This document shows positions 11,831 through 25,931 of a DNA stretch of 64,000 nucleotides, piece after piece. Numbering within the stretch: position 1 is the stretch's first letter; each line of letters starts with the position of its first letter. Both the position numbers and the translations under genes were made by a program. The notes beneath the pieces are model-generated. The model did not search any database, had not been told where the DNA came from, and saw only the letters and a list, made by a program, of their open reading frames with translations. The DNA is from Octopus sinensis (lineage: Eukaryota): contig NC_043007.1 of NCBI RefSeq assembly GCF_006345805.1, positions 28,024,001 to 28,088,000 on the forward strand, in the 5' to 3' direction.

Positions 11831-12229
11831 TCACAGATTATTCCACTTCTATTTCTACGAGTATTAAACGAAAGAGACTAGTATGTAAAGCACCGCTACT
11901 AAAAGAATAATGGGCAACATCTATCTTGAATAGATTTGATCTCAGAACGGATGGCGCCGTAACTCGGGTATTGCATGTCGGTTTCGTTCATTTTTCTTTC
12001 GATTCCACGCAGGCATCAGTTTTAATAATTGCTTGTAAGGATAGACAGAATCACATGTCGTTTTATATAATTTGTGGGGTGAACGAATGGGCGTCATGTC
12101 GGTGGATACCGGATAGGGGTGAACGGCAGAGTTTAACTCGGTGAGATTTGGAATCTGGGCATAAAAGATGATTATGTAACCACAAGACAATTTGTCTGAC
12201 GCACCAGAGATTTATCGGAGAGTGATAGA

Positions 12230-12707
12230 AGGAGAGGGAGAGAAAGAAAGTAGGAAGAAGAAGAAGAAGAAGGAAAAGAAGAAGGAAAAAAAGACGAAGA
12301 AGAAGAAGATGATGATGATGATGATGGTGATGGTGATGATGATGAAGAAGAAGAAGAAGAAGAAGAAGAAGAAGAAGAAGAAGATTGGGTGGAAGGTATG
12401 TGGAGGTGAATGAGAAGAATTAGATGATGAAGGTGGTGAGGGAAAGGTGAGAAGAGGTGGTCAAGAAGGGGGTTAGAGGTTGTGGTGAGGAAGAAGGGAT
12501 GTGGTGGAGACAGAGATGTGACGGGGAGGAGGGAGGAAGCAAGGTAAGAGGAGGAGAGGAGAGGAGAGGGGTGTAGAAGCAGGAGGGCGAGAGAACTGGA
12601 GAGCAGAAGCAGGAGAAGGAGAGGAGCGGCAGGAGGAGATGAGGGGGAGAAGAATTAGTAGAAGACAACGACGAAGAAGAATATGTGGAGACATAAGAAC
12701 AATAACG

Positions 12708-12757
<50 letters not shown>

Positions 12758-12890
12758 CACTACTACTACTACTACTGCTGCTACTACAATTACTACTACT
12801 ACTACTACTCCTACTACTACTACTACGACTACTACTGCTGCTACTACAATTACTACTACTACTACTACAACGAAAGAGAGAGAGAGAGAG
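12230..12890. repeat. (GAA)n/(GAT)n, purine-rich tract and (ACT)n array
   Basis: Directly visible; the ACT array has a 60-bp higher-order repeat. Confidence 0.9.
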
Positions 12891-13319
12891 AGAGAAGGGG
12901 CAGTATCAACTGATGCGTACGCCTGTGTGCATATAACGAGCGGTCGACCGGCTGCGGAACCTGGCATGAAATTCCAGCATAAATTTTTTTTTCTCCGTAA
13001 AGTAAAATGAATAATGATGAACGACTGCGTGTGATCTTTATATTTTCTTTTTTATTGTCTCCTGGCACGTTTATTCTTTAATATGTTCCATTTTCAGATA
13101 GAGGGCAGACCTATAACTTCTTAACAATCATTGTGGATCTATTTTAAAGTCAAACATATAATGATTATTTTAGCTTTTCTTTCCATTCTTTTCTTACGTC
13201 GCCATTTTCTTTTTTGTCGTGTTTGCTTTTTCTTGCTTTTTCGATATATTTTTTTAAAAATATCTTTTTATCTCTTCATTGTTAGTGACTTTATTTCGTT
13301 TATATCTTTTTGTTCGGTC

Positions 13320-13363
13320 TATCATCATCATTATTATTATTATCATTATTATTAGTATTATTA

Positions 13364-13453
<90 letters not shown>

Positions 13454-13465
13454 ATTATTATTATT
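13320..13465. repeat. (ATT)n microsatellite
   Basis: Directly visible. Confidence 0.95.
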
Positions 13466-13689
13466 TCTCGTCGAAAAGCTAAAAGCTTTGTACTGTTTAG
13501 CTTTTAAGTCTGTATCTTTCTTTTCTCTTTCATATGGTTTAGCCATTGTACTGCGGTCATACTGGAGCACTGCCTCGATGTGGCCTTTGTTTTAAAAGTC
13601 TACTGTTTGTTCTATCATTCGCTTTTGCCGTACTATTTGATTAAATGGATATAAACAAACCAACACCAGCCTTCAAGTATATCTATCTT

Positions 13690-14018
13690 TTATCTTTTGC
13701 TGGTTTCAGTCATTGGGCTGCGACCATCGTGGGGCACCGTCTATAAAAATTTTAGTCGAATGAACCGACTCCTGTACTTATTCTATTTTTATTTGGCACA
13801 TGCTTCCTCCGACTCCTTTGCCGAACCGCTGCGTTACGGGAACGTAATGTATGCATGTATATGACGGGTATTTTCCAGTTCCGTCCACAAAAACCCTCAC
13901 AAGAGTTTGGTAGGCCAGGAACAATAACAGAAGACACTCTTAGGTGACACTCAGGGGGAATGGACCAGGAACCATGTAACTGAAAAGCAAACTTGTTACT
14001 TCACAGCCACATCTGCGC
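13690..14018 (-). mobile_element. SINE family A, diverged
   Basis: Both halves of the 34108 consensus are recognisable in reverse complement. Confidence 0.75.
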
Positions 14019-14229
14019 CTATATATTGATTTCTCACATAAATACAAAGCCTCGAACTTGTAGTATGGGACTCGGGAACTTCACGACTTATTTCATCAAC
14101 CGTGGAAGAATATAATATAAGACACATCTCGCTGGAATTCGACCTCAGAACGTAGAGGTCAATAACGAAATAAAAGCAAGGAAGTTTCTTTTACTCTAAG
14201 TAGCATCTTTGTCTATTTCCATTTTTGAG

Positions 14230-14560
14230 TGAAGGTATATGGCGGTATAAGTACACGATTACAGCTATCGGAGACGGAGTTGACATGGAGCTTAACAATA
14301 AAAAGGACGACACGTACTGCCACTACTCTTATTACCATTACTTCACTATCTGAATACCTATGGTAGTTTAAAAACCAAAGCATCCAATACAACGAGACGT
14401 AGTGAAATTTACAAGCCCGTACATGGGAGAACGGAAGCCACGTCTATTGTGCAGGCAGGAGGTAACTCAAATTTCACTGTCAGACACACAGCTTCTTAAC
14501 AAACGAAATGAACTGATTATCAATTGCAACCACGAAATTCTTAGAACTTCCAGGCCTTTT
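14230..14560 (+). mobile_element. Penelope-like element, GIY-YIG C-terminal remnant
   Basis: TSLSEYLW*FKNQSIQYNET*...SPYMGERKPRLLCRQEVTQISLSDTQLLNKRNELIINCNHE matches the PLE pattern LS.YIW.LK...Y...C.LC..E...I...LLNKR.EL...C.H. Confidence 0.75.
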
Positions 14561-15147
14561 TATCAACAGACATCGGAACTAGCTCAACCCAAGTGAAGCT
14601 ATTTGCTATTACTTCCTTGGTGACAGTAACATAAAGTCACGTATTTTAAAACATTTTTGCGAAGACGATTCATTTATCCCTGGTCCATTATCACTAACTC
14701 ATTTATCACTGTAGGGTGCTTTTTGTTTTAAAGATAACCCCTTGAAAAAGACGAAGATAGAGGTATTCGATTACTGTTAACGAAAACGGAGTGGTTCAAA
14801 TTTGGAATGCCTTTGGCATTCTCGAATGCAGTTGACATGGATTTAAACAATTAAAACAGCAGCAGTAACCACAACAATTACCACTACTGCCCTTACAAGA
14901 ATCCTAGCTGCTGCCATTGCTGCTGCTGTTGTTGTTGTTGTTGTTGTTGTTCCATCAGCTGCTGCTGCTGTTGTTGTCGCAGCCGCTGCTCCGTTATGGT
15001 TGTTACGGCAATAACACGAGGATTATTTCTTCTGTAAAATCTGTTTATAACGAAGTAATTTGTGTATGTTTGGTATTACAACATTCAATTAATGTTCTCT
15101 TCTCGATATCCTCCTGATATTAATCAATCTACGGGTGGATTATATCC

Positions 15148-15183
<36 letters not shown>

Positions 15184-15416
15184 ACACACACACACATATA
15201 TATATTATATTACAGAAATATTGAGTTAACAGATAAATATATTTATTTCTTTTATTTATTTAGCTACTTATTTTTATTTGGTTTGATTATTTATTTATTA
15301 TTAGTGTTGTAAATGTGTTTATTTCTTTTCTGATGTCTTAGAGTTGACGCTCTGCCAGATATGAATCTCAGATATACATACAAACACGAACACACGCACA
15401 TGTGCAAAAGTATAGT

Positions 15417-15449
<33 letters not shown>

Positions 15450-15989
15450 ATGTATTGACGCATACATATAGGGATACACATATGGACAAACATATGCATA
15501 TACATAATTACGTGGGAATATTTACTCATTTTCCTCTTATTTCCAGAATCAGACATTTTACACTTCGATATAAAATATACAGATAAATCTGAAGATACTT
15601 TCATACATACACACGTGTGTGTGTGTGTGTGTGTGTGGTGTGTATGTGTGTGTGTGTGTGCGTGTGCGCAAGCGTGCTTGTTTGTGTATCAGTGTCTAAC
15701 AATGTTCGTCTGCCACTGATATTTTTGTGTATTTAAGTACCACACATTTGTACGAGAAGTTCTCTCAAGACGAATGGTGCAGTATTACAGTGTTCTTACA
15801 ATACATCCTCGTTAGGTAGGGTGTGAATATTGCTATTAGGTACTAATATTGTTTCGTTGCTAATGTCCAATATATGAACATACATACATACATACATACA
15901 TACATACACACACACGCACATACATATATATATATATATATATACATACATACTTATTCTTTTATTCTTTTATCTGTTTCAGTCATTTT

Positions 15990-16452
15990 TAAGTACCAGT
16001 TACGTACTGGGGTCGATCTAATCGGCTGGTTTCCTCCTCAAAAATTTCGGACCTTGTACCTAGAGCAGAAAAGAATCGTTAACACGCCGGGCAAAATGCT
16101 GAGCGGTATTTCGTCTGCCGCTACGTTCTGAGTTCAAATTCCGCCGAGGTCGAATTTGCCTTTCATCCTTTCGGGGCCGATAAATTAAGTACCAGTTATG
16201 CACTGGGGTCGATATATTCGACTTAATCCGTCTGTCTGTCCTTGTTTGTCTCCTCTGTGTTTAGCCCCTTGTGGGTAGTAATGAAATAGGTATTTCGTCT
16301 GTCTTTACGTTCTGAGTTCAAATTCCACCGAGGTCTGCTTCGGGGTCGATAAATACTTTCGGGGTCGATAAACCAGTTGCGTACTGGGGTTGGTCTAATC
16401 GACTGGCCCCGCTCCCCAAAATTTTCTGGCCTTGTACCTAGAGGAGGAAAGA
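15990..16452 (+). mobile_element. Tandem cluster of SINE family B segments
   Basis: A 3' piece, then a copy with tail 1, then the fixed junction AAATAGGTATTTCGTCTG into a copy ending ...CCTTGTACCTAGAGGAGGAAAGAAT. Confidence 0.85.
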
Positions 16453-16634
16453 ATGTGTAAAGATAGATTGGTCTATTATTATTAGAGTGCAAAGATGGAG
16501 CAGGGCTACAAAATGCGAGCACTCCAAGTTTTGCACCAGCGTTCTTTCAGCTTAAAATCTTAAGCCAAAGCGATTTACATAATCGCATATTTATATATGT
16601 TTTACAATATTATATTCTTTTATTCATTTATTCT

Positions 16635-16950
16635 TTTGCTTCTTTCAGTCATTTGAATGCGGCCATGCTGGAGCACCGTCTTTAGTCGAACAAATCGACC
16701 TCAGGACTTATTCTTTGTAAGCCTAGTACTTATTCTATCGGTCTCTTTTGCCGAAACACTAATTTAAGGGCATATAAACACACATCGGTTGTCAAATAAT
16801 GGTGGGGGGGGACAAATCCACTCAGAAGGCTTTGGTCGGCCCGTGGCTATAGTAGAAGTAGAACACACGTGTCCAAGGTGTTACGCAGTGGGACTGAACC
16901 TTGAAACATGTGGTTAGGAAGCAAGCTTCTTACCACACAGCTATTCCTCC
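16635..16950 (-). mobile_element. SINE family A
   Basis: Reverse complement of the 34108 copy, with an internal deletion of the microsatellite linker. Confidence 0.85.
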
Positions 16951-17189
16951 GCCTGTATATGAACGATCGAGAAACACCTGGGTTTGCGATTTATGTTGAA
17001 CAGGATTTAAAAAAACCCAGAAAAGTAAAATTCAATACGTAAATGTCTCTGAATTTGTATAAAACTGCAACTTTGCGTAAAGAGAGTTCTATGCGCAGGG
17101 TTAATCAATGCTCAAAATATTATGAAAGAAATCGAGGCCCTTATTTTTAGCTATGCAACTTTTTAGCTCACTACAGAATAATTATTCAC

Positions 17190-18050
<861 letters not shown>

Positions 18051-18834
18051 GACAGACATATATAGAAATTAAGATAGAAAGATATGTACGTGTGTGTATG
18101 CCTGTATGTATATAAGTATGTATATATATGTGTGTGTGTGTATGTATTTCACACATTGACAGCATTACAAATCTCAACCAGATAACTGAAAAATAACGTA
18201 CATGGAACTTTATTGTACAGATACTTATGCGTATACGCACGCTGTGCACATATATATATATATATACATGTGCGTGCATGTGTGTGTGACTGTATGCGTG
18301 TGTATATGCGTGCACATGTGATGTTTGTTTGAAAGTGTGTGAGAGATATCGCACGCCTAATATGGCGGTACGCCTACCTATATTCACTTAAGCTTAATAT
18401 CATCAACGCGCCTTCTTAGACTGGTGATATTTCCTTCGTATTCGCATATAAGTAAATTAACATATATGCTACGAACGATAGCAGCGTTTCTTGTACATAA
18501 GGGGCTTTCTATTTTATTAGAATATGAATCTTGTTAGAGATTTCGTTCAAAATGAAAATCTCTTTAAATCTAAGACAGCGATTTCATCCCGAGATATTCC
18601 CCAAAATATATATTCAAATCCACATAGTAACCAACATAGAAATATAGAAATATAGAAATATAGAAATATATTCCTATTTTTCGAGATATTTCTCGCGTAT
18701 ACGTGGATTCTTATATTCGTATGTATGTATATGTGAATATGTGTATATGTATGTGTGTGTGAGAGTGTGTATGCGTACATGTGTTTGAGTATGTGTCCGC
18801 GTGTGTGAGTATGTGTGTGTATATGTGTGTGTGT

Positions 18835-19012
18835 GAGGAGGCACATGACTTAGTATGTTGCATTCACGATAGTAAGACGCTAGTTTCGATTCCAGGTCTG
18901 GGCGATGCTTTGTCTTTCTTGAGAAAAAACACTTCATTACACGTCACTCCAGTCGGCTCAGCTGGCATCAAAGAGTAATCCTGCGACTAACTAGCGTCCC
19001 GTCCAGGGGTAG
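18835..19012 (+). mobile_element. Diverged tRNA-derived SINE, D-related
   Basis: GAGGCACATGACTTAG...GTTTCGATTCC...TTCTTGAGAAAAAACACTT..CACGTCACTCCAGTCGGCTCAGCTGGC. Confidence 0.6.
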
Positions 19013-19404
19013 ATTATTGCTCCATCTTCTAAGACGATTTCTGTATTTTTGTGCTTGCTCGTTCTCAATGGCCTATTTCACTTTCCATCCATGACCTCTT
19101 CGGTGACGCTGCTGATTTCCATACTTTAAAGCATAAGTGACAGACGTAAGCCCTAACTTAATGTGCGATTGCAATCGGTCAGCTCAACACACGTCACCAT
19201 TTATCATTGCCAGGGTACGTTCCGTAGATCGGCTCACAAAGGGGGTCACCATAAAGAGACCCCTGTACCTCATTAGAATATAGTAATAAATGCTTTTATA
19301 GCTCGTGTACCACTCTCTGACACGTCGTGGTTAGTACCAAGTGACAAACAAGATGACCGAAGGTTCTACATCAGAGTGCCCTTGTCCGTGAAGAGTCCGT
19401 GATA

Positions 19405-19570
19405 TACATATGCGACGGGCTTCATTCAGTTTCCAACTATTAAATCTATTCATAAGGCTTTAGTCGGCCCAAAGTTATGGAAGAAGACACTTATCCAAGT
19501 TGCCATAAGGTGAGACTGAACCAGGAACCACGTGGTTGGGAAGCAAGCTTTCTACCACACTGCGCCTATA
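19405..19570 (-). mobile_element. SINE family A, 5' half
   Basis: Reverse complement of head through ...GAAACTGAATGAAGCCCGTCG. Confidence 0.8.
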
Positions 19571-21111
19571 TGTAACACCAACAAACTATTTGCAAATGAG
19601 ATTACAAGGGAGCCATCTAGAAATAGCAGCTAAATATTTTGCAAATCACATGCAATTCAATATTTAATACTCAGACTGAACTGGATTATCATGAATGGAA
19701 TAGTTAGTTGATGGTTGGTTTTCTCTCTGAAAGCCAAGCCGGAGTTAATCAACAACTATTAAACAAATATTCTTAATGAGTTCTCTGCTCAGAACCGCAT
19801 GGAGTCTGGAGTCGTTAAACTCATTGCAAAAACAAACTTGCAAATTACACCTTATATGTGCATGATATATTCATTGTAACTGACACACAAGAACAAGAGA
19901 ACAAACTGTAAAATCACTCGATACATGCTAATAGCTAACCTAGTTTAGATAAATATTCAGGCGACTCAACAACCACCATTTGTAAGTGTAAACGGTGGAA
20001 TAATAACCAATACATATATCACATCTGTGAACACTAAAAGCAAAACAATAAATGTCTATGCATGCGTAGAGACAGTTAATGTCAACACAGATATAAAATG
20101 TAATTTATAAAATCCCTAGGTTGGAAACGCTTTGTATTGGTTTTATCCTTTTTATGTTATTTTACTCCACAAGTGCAGGAAAATAAAACGAAATTAATGG
20201 AATGACACCACTGCCACTCAATAATGGGTATGCACATTATTTAGTAGACGAAACTAGAAAACAAAGGAAATACATTGAACACAATAAATGCAAGAGACAC
20301 CACCACCCCTCTAGTAAAACTAAACAACCACGCATTAAGTATATTGCATGAAGCGAACGAACCGAATGAACCCTAGCTTTGAATTAAATCAACATGTTAT
20401 TGCACAGACTGATCAAGCTGAACACAACATGCATCACACACAATCAAAAATTAGCATGAATAATATATTATAAGGCAAAGAGAAAAAAGTATACGGCAAA
20501 AATCATTTCAGAATCACGCAAGTTGTTGAATACATTTTTATTAGTAATATAATTTAGAAATTCGTATACAAACATGGAAGTTGCAAACTTCATGAGAAGT
20601 CGTTAGATTAGACATCGGAATATGATACGATGAACATGAATCTCGCAAACAGTTCCATTGCATAACATGATATACAAAATGATGAAAGAGAATTTATATT
20701 GGTGAAGGAAAGAGTCTTTGCGGTTGCTCGGCATGTGTCTAGCATTTAAATAGAAGTCTCTCTGTTGTTGTTCGTTATGCATCTAATTATGCCCAAGTAT
20801 TTCAAACAACTGGTGTTATCCGGCAGACAGTTATTGTAAAGGAGATAATCATTTCGAAAAAAATCTCGGCAGGATTTGAAATTTGAATTATAATTCGAAG
20901 AACAATGAAGAAGGTACATAGTATATACATATTTAAGCTTTTTTGTTTTTATATTTGCTTACTCATTACGAAGATTATAAAATTTCAAGTCATGGGTAAT
21001 TACATATATAGCGCCATTTCATTCTTATTAGAAATTAACAGCATGAAATAATTAGTTTAGAAAACATAACACAGGAAATATGAATTTTTCTTTTTTTCTT
21101 TTTCTTCATAG

Positions 21112-21177
21112 ATTATCTATAGTTCAGCAATAGAATGAGAAAGGAGAAAGTTCCTATGTATAAATTAACTATTTCCA
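21112..21177 (+). other. Candidate small spliced exon
   Basis: Long polypyrimidine tract ending CATAG at 21111; donor CA|GTGAGT at 21178; upstream donor AAG|GTACAT at 20914. Confidence 0.25.
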
Positions 21178-22249
21178 GTGAGTTGTAACCTGTGAAGGGG
21201 TGCGTATTTTGGGACACTTATAGTCTTTACTACGAACGAAATTCACGACCCGTTTTCGGTTTCCTTACACCGGGTGTACATATGTCCTATTATTTTCCTT
21301 AAAGGAAAGGTGACATCAATTAATGATGTATTAGATTTTATTATCTGTATTGTCATAACTCAGAGTTCTTTATTCAACTTTCCAGCTCTACTGGAAAGTA
21401 ATATAAAGGCAAAACAAGAATAAATACAAACAAAGCAAAACAAGAATAAATATTAAAAAAAGGCAAAAGAACAATAGATATAAAAACATTACTTCTAAAA
21501 ACATCTATGTAACTCTGTTAATATAACAGACAAAAAAAGGAAGCGAAAAGACAGAATCGTTTCTGCGCCAGGCAAAATGCTTAGCGGCATTTCGTCCGTC
21601 TTTTCGTTTTAAGTTAAAATTCCGCTGAGGTCTACTTTGGCGTTCATCCCTTTCGGAGTCAATAAAATAAGTATGAGTTGAACACTGGAGTTAATGTAAT
21701 CGACTGGGGCCCTAAATCAAAATTACTGGTCATGTGCCAATATATGAAACCAATACGATATGCAAAAGCAATAAGAACAAAATAAATGAATGACCGGAAA
21801 TCTTTATTTATAATAAAAACCTATAACACGACAGAAACAGTTGTCGAAAAACAAACTACAGTACAGAGCACAACCAAACTATTTTCCGATTCATGTTCAG
21901 GGAGAAGGAAAAAAGAATCTAGCTTTTCTTTAAATGAAAAGGTGGCACATGATTCTCACCTTTAAACAAGATGGTAATACCAAATATTTCTTCTACCAAG
22001 AACGTTTTATGTAGACAATACAAGGATTTCTTGAAACGTTGCATGATCTACAAAGATGTATTGTTCTAAACACGACATAAAGGGGCACGAGAGGGGAAAA
22101 CGTTTTCTTTAAAAAATATATATAAGATGTGTATCTTCACCATCCGCTTCATTATACGTGTTTAGATCAAAAGCTTTATCACATATACAAACACACACAC
22201 AGAGGCATGCACGCACACACACACACATACACATACAAATGTATATATG

Positions 22250-22329
22250 GTGTGTGTGTTTATATATATATAGATAGATATAGATATAGATATATATATA
22301 TATATTATATATATATATATAGATATATA

Positions 22330-22361
<32 letters not shown>

Positions 22362-22439
22362 CTATATATATATATACATATATGTAGATACATATACATA
22401 TACATATATATATATACATAAATATATACACATATAATA

Positions 22440-22471
<32 letters not shown>

Positions 22472-22483
22472 CATACATATACA

Positions 22484-22521
<38 letters not shown>

Positions 22522-22556
22522 ATATATATATATCATATATATATATTCACAAGCAA

Positions 22557-22594
<38 letters not shown>

Positions 22595-22600
22595 TTATGT
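22250..22600. repeat. (TA)n-rich tract
   Basis: Directly visible. Confidence 0.9.
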
Positions 22601-23235
22601 ACATATATACATGTGTGTATGTGTGAGGTATAGGAGACTTTGTGTGTTTGTGCGTGTGTGTGTGCATGTGTACGTGTGTGTGCATGTGTACGTGTGTGTG
22701 GGTGTGTGCGTGTGTGTGTGTATGCGTGTGAATAACGTCTATAATCCTTTGAAGTCAGCCGAGTTTCTGATTAGCAAAACTCTAGTTCTTTCTTGCGACA
22801 TCGACACTGCTTATAAACAAAACTGTTATGCATACAAATATACACACACAAAGACACACACACGTACGGTTATACATACATAATGTATGCATTGTTGTGA
22901 CATAGGAACATATTAACCGCGACACACTGGATATTATATATAAGTGTGAGTCCATGTGTTTGTGCGCATATATATAATATATACAGCCATAAATATTGTC
23001 CATGCCGCAAGAGATGGGAAGGCTATTGTAAATGGCAATCCACAGAACGAACTTCAAAGAATGTTATATAAGATGTGTATCACATCTCTCAATATATACA
23101 CACACTTACTCTCACACACACACAAATGCGTGTTTGTCTGTATATGTATACATATATATATAAATATATATATAATATTTGCATACATGTATTATCATAC
23201 AATCATATATATATACACGCACACTCACACACACA

Positions 23236-23312
<77 letters not shown>

Positions 23313-23405
23313 TCCGTGTAATTACTTGCGTGTATGTTTATGGTTATCTATATGTGGTATATATTCATAAGTATTCATTAGATAAAGCTATGAACTTTTG
23401 CCTAT

Positions 23406-23455
<50 letters not shown>

Positions 23456-23527
23456 GTTCATGTATAGAGAAGTAGTGTGTATGAATATGTTTGTAAACTT
23501 GTACGTATCATACATATATTATATATA

Positions 23528-23558
<31 letters not shown>

Positions 23559-23604
23559 ATATAATATATATATATATACATATACATATATACATTTATA
23601 TATA

Positions 23605-23686
23605 GTTGGAATTTACAAAAAAAAACAAATAAAACAAAAGACAAAGACGGGTGTGTAAACAACAAACAGATGTATTAGTTTAACGG
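23605..23686 (-). mobile_element. Truncated copy of the (TA)n-embedded element at 48842
   Basis: Shares AAAACAAAAGAC..AGAC.GGTGTGTAAACAACAAACAG.TGTATTAGTTTAACG. Confidence 0.75.
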
Positions 23687-23747
23687 TCTTACACATAACT
23701 ATATACATATGTGGGTGTTTATGTGTGTATGTCTTTGTGTGTGCGTT

Positions 23748-23780
<33 letters not shown>

Positions 23781-24311
23781 GTATGTCTGTGTGTGTGTGT
23801 GTGTATATGTGTGTGTATACAGTCCTACATAGATTCATACAACGTGTCTTCTCACGTCACTATCTGATACAGCTGTCAGTGTGAGACAAACATCGATAAT
23901 ACCTTTATTGAACCGTTAGTATTCCAAGCAGCTACTTGATATTATTCCCATGAAAGGATAATGACGATAATGATGATAATGTGGTAACAACTGATGTTTT
24001 ATTATAATCTTGATAAAAGTTTATATTCATATATAGATATAATACATATTCATGGGATGGGCGTTATTGGTGGTGATATTTACGCGAGTCGCCATCATCG
24101 TTCAAACATGTCCTGGATGACATCCGTGTTTTATCTCACTGCAAACAGTTCCTAGTGTGGTGTTATGTTATATATATATATATACATCACCTTCAAAAGT
24201 TTCACTTGTTTTTCGTCCACCTCCTGTATTTGTGTGTTACATATTTTATTGACGACTATTTTTCTCAATTTGTTAAGTCACCCTAAGTGAATTTCTGTTT
24301 TGATTCACACA

Positions 24312-24592
<281 letters not shown>

Positions 24593-25039
24593 TATGTTTT
24601 ATGCATGTATTCTCATGCATGTAACTGCATATCTAGACATGCTCATTTATATTTTTACCTGTCATCGGTACAGGATACCTGCCTGCTAGAGATGGCAGTC
24701 AATCATCCTTACTCACAATGTATAAGCAGAAAAGCGGCACACAATCACTGATCTCGTAACGAGCAAATAGCTAATTCTAAAATCTATAACGAGATATAAG
24801 TAGTAACAATACAAGACGGTAACTATTTTTTAGCCACTATAACATGGCTGTTCTAAAAAGAACTATATTATCACATTTTAACCCCAGGAAAACGTTTTTC
24901 CAGCTGGTTAATGACACACAACCTGTGTCCATTATATATTGAGTAAGGGAGCAGGTCACTCCCCTCCAGCATGGCAAGACAGTAGACCATTATATAGTTT
25001 ATAATTTTCTCTGCTATCTCTTTTCAGTATCGTGAATAC

Positions 25040-25074
25040 ATCAAGAATGTTTTCGAATTACCTTCATCAGACAG
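25040..25074 (-). ncRNA. Degenerate hammerhead motif, divergent partner
   Basis: Minus strand CTGATGA-AGGTAATTC-GAAA-ACAT(tcttg)ATGT-A: stem III and GUA present; one extra A, weak stems I and II. Confidence 0.4.
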
Positions 25075-25076
25075 TA

Positions 25077-25125
25077 CAGTCTGACGAAGGCTAGCAAGCC
25101 GAAACTACGAAATCACTAGTAATTC
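25077..25125 (+). ncRNA. Type I hammerhead ribozyme motif
   Basis: CTGACGA-A-GGCT(agca)AGCC-GAA-ACTA(cgaaatcac)TAGT-A: intact core, 4-bp stems II and III, GUA triplet with predicted cleavage after 25121; stem I weak (AGT/ATT). Confidence 0.65.
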
Positions 25126-25322
25126 TTGTAATAGTTTCAATTGCCATGTACACTATTGAAAAGTATTGAGTAATTCTTCAGTTTAATTTTAAATCGTTTT
25201 CCTATATAACTTGTTGTAACAGCAAACATTACTGCATGTGTATATATGTACATATATACATACATTTGTATAAATATATATAAACATATATAGATAGACA
25301 CACACACACTAATATATATATA

Positions 25323-25405
<83 letters not shown>

Positions 25406-25774
25406 TGAGTGGCGTGCCGTGTTTCATCTATTCGTGTCCTTTTAAAGTTATGGACTGTAGATTGTGATTACCTATTGTTATCATTAATAATTTGTGTGCT
25501 TTGTAGAAACATAAGAGGAGATTAGAATTCCCATGTTAAGTTAAATAGTAAAATGAAAAGGTATTCCTACATTGTTTGCGGCAGCAGCTGTCTATATTAT
25601 ATTGAAATTAAATTGAAATAATTATATATATTATTTAGAATTAGACATATTATTTAGTTGATTGCTACATATGATAAACATCGCTGAGTTTTTTGTTGGT
25701 CTCCAACGGTTTGGTCAGGAATTTTAAGTAATTATATAGAATATATCGATCGAAGATTGTTATTTATTGGCACG

Positions 25775-25930
25775 GGGGTGGCTGAGTGGTAAAAGTTTGC
25801 TTTTAACTACACGGGTCCGGGTTCAGTGCCACTGTGTGGCACATTGAGAAAGTGTTTTTGGCTGGCCTCTGGCCGAACAAGACATCTTCAATGTATTTAG
25901 TAGACGGAAAGTGAGAAAAACCCGTCATAT
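25775..25930 (+). mobile_element. SINE family A, 5' half, diverged
   Basis: GGGGTGGCTGAGTGGTAAAAG...CCGGGTTCAGTGCCACTG...GTAGACGGAAAGTGAGAAAAACCCGTC. Confidence 0.7.
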
Positions 25931-25931
25931 A

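Noticed and set aside
22044-22058. 15-mer TGATCTACAAAGATG shared with about 42026
   Set aside because: The flanks do not align; probably chance or an undetectably old repeat.
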